From Callorhinchus milii (lineage: Eukaryota): a stretch of DNA of 64,000 bases. A program made the position numbers and the translations under genes. Position 1 is the stretch's first letter. Every line of letters starts with the position of its first letter. Shown here piece after piece: positions 1-13,143 of the stretch. Below the pieces are notes generated by a model. The model was not told where the DNA came from. It searched no databases and saw only the letters and a program-made list of their open reading frames with translations. The DNA lies in the NCBI RefSeq assembly GCF_018977255.1, contig NW_024704743.1, positions 109,742,001-109,806,000 of the forward strand, in the 5' to 3' direction.

Positions 1-28
1 TTGCCAGACATTGCTCTCAATGGCAAGC

Positions 29-402
29 TACAACAACAATTTGCATTTATATAGCGCCCCTCATGCAAGATAGTGTCCCTGAGAGCTTGACAGTGGCGGA
101 GCACAATGCTGAGCTGGAGGGAGGGGGATGGGGAGGTGATCAGAGGCATGGTCAAATAGGAAGGTCTTCAGGCATGACCTGAAGATGGGGAAGGAAAGGG
201 CAAGTCGGGATAGAGGAAGAGCGTTCCAGAGTTTCGGGGCGTAGTGGCTGAAAGCGTGGTCACCAATGATAGAACGGAGGGCATAAGGGATACGCAGAAG
301 GCTCGAGCCAGTCGAACTGAGGCAGCAGGTTGTAGGGTAAGCAGGTCGGAGAGGGAGGGAGGTGCCAGGGCATGAAGGGATTTGAAGACAAGTGTGAGGA
401 CT
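29..402 (-). mobile_element. L2 LINE 3' fragment
   Basis: caacaacaatttgcatttatatagcgccc tail; body homologous to 29085-29465. Confidence 0.82.
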
Positions 403-846
403 GAAAACTATGTGGTTTTAGCTGGTTGAAATCCAGCAATAACCCAACGCACACTCTGGGGTCCTTTGACACCTATCTACTCTAACCCTACACTGTAAAC
501 AAAAACAATTGAGATGTGCCTTTACAAGACTAACACGCTGCAGGCAAAATAGAACCTGTTGTGGGCAAATGATTGATATTTCAAGTGACTTAGCGGGTTA
601 GAGCAGCCATAACAATTTCACGCATGAGCACAATGGAACTTATCCAGTACTGTAACTCCGTGTCCAGTTCCACATCGGAGCTCAAGGGGATATACGGACA
701 TGTGGGTAAATGGACATTGGATAACCAGTACTCTACCATAGATCTGTAGAGGCGGGATTAAGACGGCTGTAGAATCCATCCAGAAATAATAATAATAATC
801 CTTACATTTGATATAGCTTGCGCCTTATCACGTTGTCAAGACGCTG

Positions 847-3800
847 CATAACTGAAAATTCCCTTAATCCCTGGTAGCATCAAAGTGAGTGCGCAATACA
901 CTTTTTCTATTGCTTTTTATATCCCTCTAGACGCAAAGCGCTTCACAGGATATACTGCAAAGTGAATTGACTTCCTGATTCGGGGTAAAACCACAAATTT
1001 CTGAAACACAACACATGAATCAGAAGTATCTATAAAATCCAGGCCGGGAGTGTTCCCCAAGACAGGGCTCTGGTGGGTGGGTGAGAGCTGCTCCTCTGAT
1101 GAGCCGTGTTACTGTCCCTTACATTGGAAATGGTACAAAGATGACTGTTTTGGAGCTGTTGTGCCGGGCCTGTCTGACTCACTCTCCTCTTGCTGCTGTC
1201 AGACCAGAAGCACAATGGATAAAACCTGGTTACCTGGAAAAGCACATATCAAGCCACAAAACCAGACTGTGACTCTCAGACTGAGAGAGAGCAGCTCTCC
1301 CGCCTTGATGCCGAGTCTTGTAGGCACAGGAGGCAGCCATTCAGGCACCGAACTTGTTCTGCTGTTTCGCCCACAATCATACATACTTTACAGTAAATCC
1401 TGTGAAGCACTTTGAGAAGTCTCGACAATACTGCAGCTCGTGGAGCTGTTGTGGAGCTCAGTGCCTTCTTTCACCCACCGGTGTCCTTTATAACCCTAAA
1501 TCTATGCTCTCACTATTTCAGCTTTCCCTCACCTCTGCAACATTGCCCCACTTCCACCACTACTGTTACTCTGAGCTGCCAAGACCCTCATTCACTATTT
1601 CATGTCCAGTTTGACTAAACCAATGCCTGCTGGCCAAACTCCTTCTCTATTTCCCCATCTAATCACTTTGTTCAGTAAAAATTGCCCTGTTTCATGGCCA
1701 ACACTATCGCCAGGTTTCAGACATTTTGCCCCCGCTCTCTGGAACTCCATCCCAGAGTACACCGACTCAAATAATTCTTTCCCACTTTCAGAGCCCACCT
1801 TGTTATCCTCCCTCCCCTCCCACCCAAATGGATTCACATGAAGAGTCTGATGGAATCATGGAGAGGCCTGTGGTTTTCAAGTGCCCTGGGACATTACCCT
1901 GCATGAGGGGCGTTGTATAAATACAAGTTGTTGTCGTTGTTGACTGGCCTTCTGTCAGTTAACAGTTCCAAAAATCTTTCATGAGCGATAAGTAGAGCAA
2001 AGAGCAACCAGAACGGGCTGTGATAGGGAAGACGTTAGTTCAGAAAAGAAGAGAATCCCAACCAGCCAGAGAGAAAATCAGCAAAACCTACAGTTTTATG
2101 CAGCATTAAATGTGTCCTCTAGAAAAGCTGGAAGTCTGTGATAAAATAATAATGAAACTTGCATTTGATTTAATGCCTTTCTCAGGAGGAGGAAATCTCC
2201 AAACCACTTTAAGTCAGCCAAGCAGTGCCAAAAGACAGAGCAGATTGGCTGGAATGCTCATTTGCCTCGATTGTTCTAATGATTGTATTGAGAGGGCTCC
2301 TGGAGTCTCCACTATACATTGGAGCAGTGCACTTTATATTGTTTCAGCATTACCCTGTTGGGAAATGATATCTTTATGGGGGCCAACAAAATGAAGAAAT
2401 ATACATGTTATTTAGAATTCCTAGAGGCTGGGTATAACAAAACTGAGATACACTGGAGGCTACTTCAAGGCAGTCGAGCAGTTTCAGTCAGAGCACAATA
2501 TTCTTGTTTCAAATATTCTATATTGTAGCTGGATTTTTAATTGTTTTATATTGTATCTGTATGTTGTTCTATATATTATTTTATCCTTCTTTTTGAGGGA
2601 AAACAACCTCCTTCAAGAAGCCATTCAGTGGGAACATCGGATTAATTTTCATGGCGAACAGATTTATAATAACAAGAATCATTGCAACTGATATAGCACC
2701 TTACACATCACAAGGGCAACTCAAATTGCTTTACAGGATACAGGAGAAACACCCTTCTCTCCTTACAAGTTCCCTGCAAATTGTTGAGCTAGGATCACCC
2801 TAACTGTTAGGCCTTTGGTTTGCTGAGATAACAACAAATTGCGAAACGCGGCAGCCAATTGTGCACAGAAGTGTCCCACAAACAGTCATGGATTGAGTGA
2901 CCGAATTATTGTTATTTATTGTTCACACACAGGATAACATCTCTGAGCCCTGTACAAAGATGGATTAGAAAGCCGAGCAAGCAAGAAATGGGCGTAGGTG
3001 TGAGACGGAAAAGTAAGTGGGAGGAGGGATATCAGGGTGTAATAACTGAAGGTTCAGCCACTGAAGGTGGTGCGGAGTGGGGGAAAGCAGGCAGCAAGCC
3101 TGAGTTTGCCGAGCAAACGGGGTGAGCAGAGGAGCAGGGGTAAAAGAGTATCAGAAATAGGAAGGTGCTGGGAGAACTGAGGAGTTACCTTAACCATGGA
3201 GTGAAAATTGCAATGTTTCTTCCACTGGTTGTCAGGGAAGGGAAAATATTACAAAATAAAAAACAGGGTTTATTCTTCTCCCCCCCAAAACACACCTCCT
3301 TTCAGCAGCAGCGGAGACTGGAGAAGGTTAGAAAGGCTGCAGTAAGTAAAGTATTGTGTTCAGCCCTCTATGTCAGGGTGACAAGACCAGTGAGATATAT
3401 TCTGTTCATTCTCTACCTTTCACTCAGTTGTGAGACTGAGCAAAAGGAATTAAGTCCTTACCTGACTCATTGTTTCACAGAAACCACGATAATTATGATG
3501 GTGACAGTCAGAATAACCAAGCCTGATAGGATAAAGCAGCATTTCATCTTCCGGGCTCGTTTCTGGAAGAAAGGAAGAGAGAGAGAGAGAGATGAATGTC
3601 ACACACTCAGAGAGTCTGGTGGAATGGACCGATGGAGGCAGGTCATTTGATGTACCTGTGAACCTTAGATTCTAACAGGCGTTAGATCAAATAAGTGATT
3701 ATCACAGTCGGGGTGCAATTGTAGCATGTAAAACATGTTAATTATTACTGGTGGTAACTTGTTGGCAATGCCATCCTTCGGATGAGATGTTATCCAAGGT

Positions 3801-4553
3801 CCTGGGAGTTTCTCCCAGTGTCCTGGCCAAAAATCCCCCATGTAAAATTGATCATTCACTTCATGGCTATATGGGGATATTGCTGTGCATAAATTGGCTC
3901 TTGTGTTTGCCTACAAAACACACTGTCAAATCCTGTGATGCAGTTTGAGATGGCATCCCTACCTGAAAGGTGCTGTTATCAAATGCAAGGATTTTTATTC
4001 ATTAAATCAACGGGGTTATTTAAATTCGGATAATAGATACTGTAGTTGGCCAGCAAAGCGTATTGAGGTGTACAGGGTTATGTGCTGTAATAAACTGGTG
4101 GAACAGGCAGGCTGGGCTCTTCCCATTCCTATGAAGTTGTCTTAAGTACAAACAGCCGTCCATGTTAAAGAGGAGATTTAACGGGCACACATTAATATCC
4201 GATCTTAATCTCACACTGCCAGAAACTGTAAAAGCTGAAAGCAATTTTATAATGATGTTATTTCTATGAAGTTCGACGTTTATGAGGCGTCCCACAGGAA
4301 ACCCTGAGACATGAATTTACAATTTAATTTCTTCAGTAATTATAAATGTGAATTCAGCCTCTACCTGCCAAAACGTGAATCTGTCACAACTTGCCCCCAA
4401 TGCCTTGCCTCTCAAAACTTCTTCATCTGACTAATGTGTGCTCTCCACTACAGCAAGGCTGCACCGCAATATAAAGGATATAAAAAGCAATAGAAAAAGT
4501 GTAGCGCGCATTCGCTCTGATGCTACCAGGGATTAAGGGGGTTTTCAGTTATG
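847..4553. repeat. 78-bp inverted repeat pair (847-924 and 4476-4553)
   Basis: By-eye comparison gives 7 mismatches in 78 bp and no gaps. Confidence 0.92.
3467..3562 (-). CDS. TSNARE1: TSNARE1-like last coding exon: basic juxtamembrane segment, Cys-Cys, transmembrane tail anchor and stop (whole exon 3462-3562)
   Basis: tctcttcctttcttccag|AAA CGA GCC CGG AAG ATG AAA TGC TGC...GTG AAA CAA TGA gtcag|gtaagg; translates to KRARKMKCCFILSGLVILTVTIIIIVVSVKQ*. Phase 0 matches the preceding exon. Confidence 0.92.
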   Translation of the reverse strand, partial: KRARKMKCCFILSGLVILTVTIIIIVVSVKQ

Positions 4554-5076
4554 AAGACTTAAGACAATGTAATAACTTTTTTCCACTGGAGCTGAGAAGG
4601 GATTGTAGGCGAACATGGCAGCCAATTTCGCACAGCAATGCCTTACGAACAGCCATGGAGTGAATAACCAATTTTATCTTGGGGACTGTTGGCCAGGTCA
4701 TCAGGATCTTTAACGTCCACCTGAAAAGCCAGACTCAGTTTAACATCTCATACAAATGATGACATTTGTGACAAATGCAGCGCTCCCCCAGCACTGCACT
4801 GGAGTGTCAGCCAAGTGGGGCTTGAACCCACCACCGCCTGACTCAAGAGGAAAGAATGCTACCAACTGAAGTGATGATTGAGCTCGGCTGACATTCGATG
4901 AGCCCTCATGAACAGTCACAGGGTGCACCTTGATAAAGGTTAAAAGTGAACATTTGTTAATTCAGATCAATTAGGTTTACCCCAGAAGGCACTCTGCTGA
5001 TGGAATTTCATTACGTTACACCAATTAAAAGGTAATATATCACCTGCTACATATAAAGTGCCGAAAACAATATGTG

Positions 5077-5314
5077 GTGGCAATTCCACCTGGGTCTAGA
5101 TTTGCTCTATTGATGTTGCATTACAGAACGTCTAGAATTTAACAACTTCTTCAAGGCAGTCATAATTTTGTAGCCTTTTTGTGTAACTTTATTTTGAGGA
5201 CAAACAGAAAAGCGGCTTTCAAAGTAAAGGTTGAATTGAACAATTTGACAAACTCTGCACGCTCTAAAATGCTACATAAATAAGAGTAAATCTAGACCTT
5301 TGTGGAATTTCCAC
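5077..5314. mobile_element. Old MITE-like foldback element
   Basis: Left arm gtggcaattccacctgggtctagatttgctctattgatgttgcattacagaacg pairs imperfectly with right arm ...atgctacataaataagagtaaatctagacctttgtggaatttccac. Similar arm fragments occur near 20141 and 42305. Confidence 0.65.
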
Positions 5315-6058
5315 GTTGGAAGCTCCATGTAACACTCAGATAATCTAGGCTGACTCACACTTCAGTGCAGTGCACGGTGAGCACAGCGTTGTTGGAAAAC
5401 AGAAGAAAGGAATTTAATTTGTATTGAACTGTTTTAATCAATCTTGATAGCACTGTTGAGTGAGATATCTTTTGAGGAATGACTGAATCTGACAGCGTGA
5501 AGGAGCTCCACTAATACGATTACTGAAGCACCCTGGGTTTCTCCCAATGTTACTATAGCCTTCCTGCACTTTCAGACTCACTAATTCCAAATAATGGGAC
5601 AACACCTGCTCCCTCCTTCAATTTAATCAGCACTCACTGTTGGAACAAAACAATTGAAAACAAAGGATTGTTAACATTAATGGGATTCTTTCCTGCTTCA
5701 TTGAATCTTTTCTTCTCCCCCTCCCCCAAATCTCAGTGAAATTTACAAACAATTAGCATTTTTATAGCTTCTAACCTTGTTGAAAGTCTCCTAAATTTAC
5801 AATGATTTACATAGATTTACACGGAAACAAGGCATTCTGCCCAATGTGTCTTCAGTCATGTTTACATTCCACGAGTATAATAAAGGGATACATGAAGAAC
5901 TCCTTGCTCCCTCATTCCCTTTATTCCCTTCTCACTCATCTGTATATCTAGTTTACCCTTAAATATGTCTATACTTTCTGATTCAACCACCACTTTGAGT
6001 TGCACAATCTCATTATCCTCTATGTGAAGTAGTTCCTCCTNAAAAAAATTCTCCGAGT

Positions 6059-6512
6059 GTGTCAGGCTGGGTTAGTAGTAGCATTCTCACCTCTGAATCA
6101 GAAGTTTGTGGATTCAAACCCCGCAACAGGACTTGGAATCTCATAGTCTAAGCTGACACTCCAATGCAGTGCTGTGGGTGGGTTGCATTGTCGGAGGTGC
6201 TATCCTTTGGATGAGATGTTAAACTGAGGTAATGTCTGCCTGTTCAGGTGGATGTTAAAGATCCCATGGCACTATTCAAAAGGAGAAGGGAATTTCTCCT
6301 GGTGTCCTGGCCAACAATCCCCCAAATAAAATTGGTCACTTACTCCATGGCTGTTTGTGGGACATTGTAGTGTACAAAATGACTGCCTCATTTCACCCAC
6401 AAAATACACATAGACAATCCACTTTACAGTATATCCTGTGAGGAGCTTTGAGGTATCTCGATGACGTAATAAGACGCTACATTAAATGCAAGGATATTAT
6501 TATTATTGTTAT
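6059..6512 (+). mobile_element. tRNA-derived DeuSINE-like SINE, family B (near full length)
   Basis: Head gtcaggctgggttagtagtagcattctcacctctgaatcagaag. Deu-domain-like core ggatgagatgttaaactgagg...aaagatcccatggcactatt...gtgtcctggccaac. 3' tail shared with family A. Confidence 0.85.
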
Positions 6513-8944
6513 TTTAGATCCCTCAGTCACTATCTTATACTTATGGGAACAAGTGGGAATAGCCTTTTTATGCTAATCTTTTGGGACCCTTTTATGATTT
6601 TAACACCTCTATTAGAGTTCTTCTCTGTCAAGTGCAGGGACTGTCATTGGAGGTGATGGTGGGAGCCATTCGGAGATGTTTCAATGTGACAATGCGGTAT
6701 AAAAATACAAGTTCTTTCTAAATCTTACTGAGATGTGTGTAAGATTAATTAATAATGGAGTGTAGGAGATATATTAATACATGAAGATCGACAAATTCTT
6801 CCCAATAGGTCTCATCAAGTGTCTTGAGGTTGCAGGGCTCATTGATTTGGAGGAATGATGTTCAGGATATTAGAACAAACACTTACTCCTGATGTAAAAA
6901 GCGGTATATCGATTGCAATGAGTAACCCTAAACCTCAGAAAAAGATAGAATGTAGAATACAGTACAATACAAAATAATAACAATAATAACTGAGCATATT
7001 GATAAGATATGGAACTGAAACAAACCAAACAAGAATGTTTCAGCCAATGTTATCGCTCCCTTTGAAATGGCATCTAATGTATTTTCGTTTTATTATTCCC
7101 CACTCTAGATATTCTAAGTACGATGCATATTTCTTTAGATTTATTTTGCGCCACTGTTGGCCCCCATAAAGATACCATTGCCCAACAGGGTAATGATGAA
7201 ACAACTTAAAGCACACCTTTGGCTGAATCCAAGATAGTGGCAGAACAATTTGAAACTGTTTGGGGATACTGTCACCTGTGGTCAGTCAAGGAATTACAGT
7301 ATGATTTGTGTAAAATAGGGAATATTTGCTTCGACTGAATACTACAAATGATAATTAATCTTTATGTTGATATTAATGTTAAGGTATGTATTAAACTGCA
7401 AATTTTACCCTATAGGAACATGAATTGGCCATTCAGCCCATTGAGTCTGTTCAGGTATCAGATCATGGCACAGGCTTGCGATGTGTCACTTGGCCCCTCC
7501 ACTCCACCATCAAGGCTGAGTCTTTAGCCTCTACGAACTTAACCTCTGAAACTTCCTGCCTCTACCTGTCTGCCTCACCCCCTTTATCTATCTTCAAATT
7601 CCACCTTTAAACTTACCCCTCCACTTTCCTCGGCATCCAACTCCACTACTGTGCAACAACAAGATTTCATTTATAGAGTGCCTTTCACGTCAGGAGGACG
7701 TCCCAAGGCGCTGGACAATTGGGTTGGGACCCGAGCAGAGGGGAAATGGTCAGGGTGAGGGAAGGGAGGGAGCGAAGAGGGGGTAGAGAGTCGAGAGGGG
7801 AGCTGAAGGCACGGTTGAAGAGTGCAGCCCTCTGAGATGCTATCCAATGTGATGAGGGCGATATAAGTCCAAGTTGTTTTGTTTCATCGGTGTGGCAATT
7901 CACCATATCAAATGTAAGGATAATTGCCTATTCATGCAGGCTTGAGTTACTATCAATTTTAACACAACATTCCCGATACTTTCAGTCGATAATTGACTGA
8001 AGTAAAGCAGGGGAAATGGGATTAAAAGGCCTGCCATGATCTGATAATTTGACCGATTGAATGGTCTCCTCCTGTTCCTAAGGAGTATCATTTGCAGTAT
8101 TTCTTAATGAGTGCCTCAATTTAATTAACATTGTGTTAACACAGGCAAATGCCAAGGGCATCTCAGTCCTTTCAGACTGTGCTCAAACTGGGCCAACCTA
8201 CAGCCAACCAAGCAATATGACACATTTCATAAAGCTGTGAATGTGGAAATTTGTAAAGAGATTAAGGTTCGTGGATTTAATGGGAAATAAGCTATCTTGA
8301 TTGGTAGGATGATAGGTACAAGCAGCTTCTTACTCTGCCTGTTTCAGTGTAAAAAGTAGTAAAAAGTAGTAACTGATTATCCCATCTCTTGCTGTTGGAT
8401 TGGTCGCCATGTCACCCCTACGAACAATTGAGATACTGGTGGAGAGATTTACCAGACTTTAAAGTGCACCCAAACTACGTACTGATGGTGGAAAATCCCA
8501 GGCCCTCTCAAATTCCAGACAGAAGTCAGAACTGAAGTCGAAGAAAAATATAGATAATCCGGATAGAAGATCATACAGGAATCTCAGTAAAGCTGTGGGG
8601 GAGAGCGGGATAAGTGTCAGAGCTGGGTTGAGTCCAGTCAAATACCAAGAAGATGGGGGTGGGAGGGAGGAGGGAATGAGACTCGATCTGTGTAGGAACT
8701 GAAAGAGGTGGACATAAAAATGATGGGGTTGGGAGGGTAGAAGAGAAGAGCCATCGTCAATCTAAGACGGAATAGGAAAGGGAGAGAATTATAGGGAAGA
8801 AGCGGGAAGAGATGGATGGCATCTGAATAGGAATGTTGGATGGGAGAGTAGAGATGAGTCAAACTTAGCACAACGGTGGGGCGGTGGGGTAAGAAGGGGA
8901 AAGCGAGCTCCAGCTTGGATCTGTAGTGGCCATGCTAATACATA

Positions 8945-9340
8945 TCAACCTCTCTTAGATAGTTTGGGGTTCCAGCCCCACGTCTGGACTTTGAGCTCAG
9001 TCTCGCTATCGTTCTAGTGCAGTGTCAGGGTGCATGCATTATCATAGGTGAGGTCCTTTGGATGAGATATTAAACTGAGGTTTCTTCTGCCTGTTCAGGT
9101 GGACGTTAAAGATCCCATGGCACTACTAGAAAAGAGAAGGGAATTTCTACTGGTATCCTGGCCAACAATCCCCCACTTAAAAAAATTGTTCATTCATTTC
9201 ATGGTAGTGAGGCATTGCTATGCACAAATTAACTGCCATGTTCACTTACAGTTATTCCACTGTGCAGTAAAATCCTGTGAAACTCTTTAAGATGTCTTCC
9301 TGATATGAAAGGCACAATATCAAAGGAAGGATTATTAGTA
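8945..9340 (+). mobile_element. SINE family B
   Basis: ggatgagatattaaactgagg...ggacgttaaagatcccatggcactac core plus tail. Confidence 0.78.
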
Positions 9341-9688
9341 TATTATTTCCTATCAGGCAACATATAACAATTTTCTGTCTATCGGTACAGGTCTGTGACC
9401 CCCCACCCCACCAAAACCCCACATGGGAAGTGTACAATAACAACAACAATTTGCACTTATATACTGTCCTCCACGTAGGGTAGCATCTCAGAGCATGGTA
9501 TATGGCTTGGGTTACAGAGATGAAGCACACTGGGGATGCAACTTGATGGAAATTAGCCTACGAGATGCTGAGCATTCAAAGTGGATTGTCAATGTGGATT
9601 GTGCTGAAACCATCTGTTAAAAAAACCCGCCAGGAACTGCACAGATTCAGTCCCATTTTTCCTCCTCTAGTCTTCTCTTACACAACTC

Positions 9689-10033
9689 ATGGAATCCTGT
9701 AGCGCAGTGGTTGGCACTCGCCTAGCACGCAAGAGGACCTGGGCTTGATTCCCAGGGATTGCTAAACCTTAGGCAAGGTTCCTTACTCCACATGCCTCGG
9801 TTTATCTTGCAGTAAGTAAAAATCCAACTATTAGTCGATTGGCGGATCACATAATCCCTCAAAAAAAATGGTCACTCAATCCACGAATGTTTGTAGGCCA
9901 CACAATTGTCTGCCTCGTTTCGTCCATAAAATACACAGTCAATCCATTTTACAATATATTCTGTGAAGAACTTTGAGGCTTCTCAACGACATGACAAGGC
10001 GCTATATCAAATGTAAGGATTATTATTATTATT
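9689..10033 (+). mobile_element. SINE family A, long form
   Basis: ggaatcctgtagcgcagtggttggcactcgcc...ttccttactccacatgcc...gctatatcaaatgtaaggattatt. Confidence 0.82.
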
Positions 10034-12003
10034 AACTTGGCCCAGCTATCTGCATCCCTTCAACTTCCTCCCTGGTTTTGCTGAGTCTCCTGTGCATGCT
10101 CCATCCTGACAATTGTCTTTGTTGCCCTTGCAAAGACTAGAGCCCAGCGCCCTCTACGCTGACGTGCATCAGTCCTGCTTCCGCCACAAGCTTCACCACA
10201 AGCTGGTCTCCATGCGATTGTGTGACGCACAAAAAGGCAATTCGGGAAATCTACGCTCTTCAGAAATGTTCTTATTTTTAACACTGCAGCAATCTTCACA
10301 ATAAGGTTTAAACACGATAAGGGAATGCTCTCATTCCCATCAGTGGCTGGGGGAGATTTTCACATTAATTCCCACTTACTCTCCACATTGTTTAACTGGA
10401 GGAGGCCGCACTGCATATTTGTTTTAAATAGAACAACCATTGGATTGGGGGGAGGTGGGGATTGAATAAAAAAGGATTTATTGCTGGTTCCAAAATCAGA
10501 TGAGTTGAGGTTGAAAGTGGAGAGTGGGGGGAGACTGCTGTTAGTGTTTGAAAACTGGTGGGTTGGCAATAGGTTCAGCAGTGATACCATAGTACATCAA
10601 TATATCCCCACACACCAAGTTCACCTATTTGCGATGTGGAAGTGAGGAAAGAGATAGTGTGTGTTGCGGGGGACAATGTGAATGTAGTTACATGGATGCG
10701 TGTGAGGTTACTAGGTACATGATTCACCAACCAGCGGGAGTGTGAACCAGCAATGAGGGGTAAGTTCAGGAATTTGCTACATTTGCTTCAGGGATTTGCA
10801 ACAGGAATTTGCCCCTAGGGTTAGAGATAGGGAGGTAGAGAGTCACAGAAAGAGAGAATATCAGAGAGGACGCCAGAGGGAGATAGAAAGTTAGGAAGAG
10901 AAAGCAGAGTGAGAATGCCAGAGAGAAACAGAATGTCAGAGAGAGAACATCAGAGAGAGAGAATGTTTCTTCGATGAGACATTAAGCCAAGATCTCTTCT
11001 ACCTATTCAAGTTAAAGATCCTAAGTTACTAAAAAGAGAAAAAGGCATTTCTTCCAGTATCCTGGCCAACAATCCTCCAGATACAATTGGTCATTCGCTT
11101 CATTGCTGTTTGTTGGGACACTGCTGTGTGCAAATTGGCTGCTGTGTTTGCCTACAAATACCCCTGACAGCAATTACTTGGCAAACAGCATGAGGTGTTT
11201 TGACTTTCAAGGCACTGTATCAAATGCAAGGAATATTAATTTTCGTGACACTTTTTATCTGTTTAAAGACAGACACACACACACACACAAAACACACACA
11301 AAAACAACTAAATACACAAATAAAAATACAGGAATGAAGAATGAGTTACAGATTTCGAGACAACACCAGATTGGGAGGGAGAGGTGAGTACAATACATAA
11401 GTATATCATTAGATGCTTTTTCTTGCTGAGCTCACAAAGTCCTTGAGTCTAATCCCACGAGCCCAGTTCCCACAATGCCACAAGGTCAGGTTCATACCTG
11501 TGCAGGGGCAGATAGTGTCAATAAACTAAGCCGAGTGATCACAGAAATGGAGTTGGTCTGCGAGGTTAAGGAAACTCTCTGGTGATTTTTAATGATGGTC
11601 TTGACAGAACTTTGCAGGAGAACACAAGTCAGGCTAGGGAGAGTAGAAAAACCTTGCCGAGATATTGACGGAGAGGGATTGTTAGACTTAGAGCCGTATT
11701 TTGAGGTCTAAAACGTGGTACATCTTAACCAGATTCCTTCTTAATGACCCTGCATTTGATAATGGATTGTTTATCATGTCGAAACGTCTCAAAGTGCTTC
11801 ACGATACTTGCTAAGAAATATAGTGACTGTGTATTTGTAGGTCAACCTGGAGAAACCAAGTCACACAAATAGCGAGCGACCTTTGTCAGTGACCTTTAGA
11901 GTACATTATGTCGTCCCACAGGAACTCTGCTCCATTACCACCTACTGGCAGTGGGGACCTCTCACAGCACGTCCACTGAGCTTTCTGGAGGAGGTACACT
12001 TTA

Positions 12004-12480
12004 CAACAACAATAACAAATTACATTTGTAAAGCACCTTTCACATCAGGAGGATGTCCCAAGGCGCTGGACAGTCAAGGATCCGTACATGAGTTGGTGGC
12101 TGGGATCAGGAGGGGTGGAGGGTGGGGAGGGTAGGGGTAGGAGAGCGACAGAAGGCACGGTCTAAAAGGAGGGTCTTCAGATAGGTCTTGAAGCAGACAA
12201 GGGAGGGGGCAGGCGAAGGGTCTGTGGGGGGAGGTGAGGGTGGAGGCAAAAAGGTAAAGTTGGGTATCAACCACATGCATGTGGAAGTTGACCCCATGTC
12301 TGCGGATAATGTCATCAAGAGTGAACGTGTAGATGTTGAAAAGTAGAAAGCCAAGGACAGAGCCCTGAGGGATGCCACACGTGATTGTGTGGGGACTGGA
12401 GGAGAAGCAGTTAGTGGAGACAAAGTGGAGTCAATGATCAGATCTCTCACCTTTGACCCATTTGCAGACATGAACCACTC
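12004..12480 (-). mobile_element. L2 LINE fragments (tail joined to an RT piece by an internal deletion)
   Basis: Tail caacaacaataacaaattacatttgtaaagcacc. 12255-12430 matches the RT region at 15020-15200 (catgtggaagttgaccccatgtctgcgg). Confidence 0.8.
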
Positions 12481-12867
12481 AAGAAGAGCCTCAATAAAGT
12501 TGGAATCCACAAAATCCTCACCTATAATGAGGCACGAAAGGTGGTTTCACAGTGCATGCATACATCTGGCCTGGAAGTTAGTTTTTTTAATTAAGTGTGG
12601 GGAAGTAAAATGGCTCCCGTCCAGGACATCAGATCTTTGTCCTCATCACTTACTGTGCGCTGGGTGCGTGTGGTGCAGTTGGTGTATGTAGTGTGCAGGA
12701 AGTGACTGTGGTAATAATCTAATGACCGAGAAGTCAGCTATTTTAACGTGAAAGCCGTTCAGCTTGCAGGAAACACATTAAAAGTATTTTATATTTATCT
12801 GGTATTATTTTTCTTTAATCTCTGCTCGTGTCCTTCTGTCCTGCTTCATCAATTACATGCTACGAAC

Positions 12868-13128
12868 GGAGTTGAGGAAACATTTCTTCACTCAGAGGGT
12901 GGTGAATTTGTGGAATTCTCTACCCCAGAAGGCTGTGGATGCTCAGCCCTTGAACATATTCAAGACTGAAGTTGATGGATTTCTAAAGGATAGAGAGATT
13001 AAGGGATATGGGGATAGGGCAGGTAAATGGAATTAGGTTAGAAGATCAGCCATGAACTTATTAAATGGCGGGGCAGGCTCGAGGGGCCGAATGGCCTACT
13101 CCTACTCCTATGTCTTACGGTCTTGTGG
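12868..13128 (+). mobile_element. CR1 LINE 3' end
   Basis: ttcttcactcagagggtggtgaatttgtggaattctctaccccag...gatcagccatga...ggggccgaatggcctactcct, a typical chondrichthyan CR1 3' end. Confidence 0.85.
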
Positions 13129-13143
13129 TCTCTACCTCATAGT

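Larger units (their letters stand above)
2330..7212. repeat. Diverged inverted repeat pair (about 2330-2560 and 6960-7212), unclassified old repeat
   Basis: Core ttgtttcagcattaccctgttgggaaatgatatctttatgggggccaac (2339-2387) matches the reverse complement of 7156-7204. Weaker similarity extends about 150 bp further. Confidence 0.8.

Noticed and set aside
3165..3650. 161-aa plus-strand ORF
   Set aside because: It is antisense to the TM exon, includes a GA microsatellite and shows no recognisable homology.
6041..6041. Single 'n' base at a CR1/SINE boundary
   Set aside because: It is an assembly ambiguity or gap marker, not a biological feature. Local contiguity should be treated with caution.
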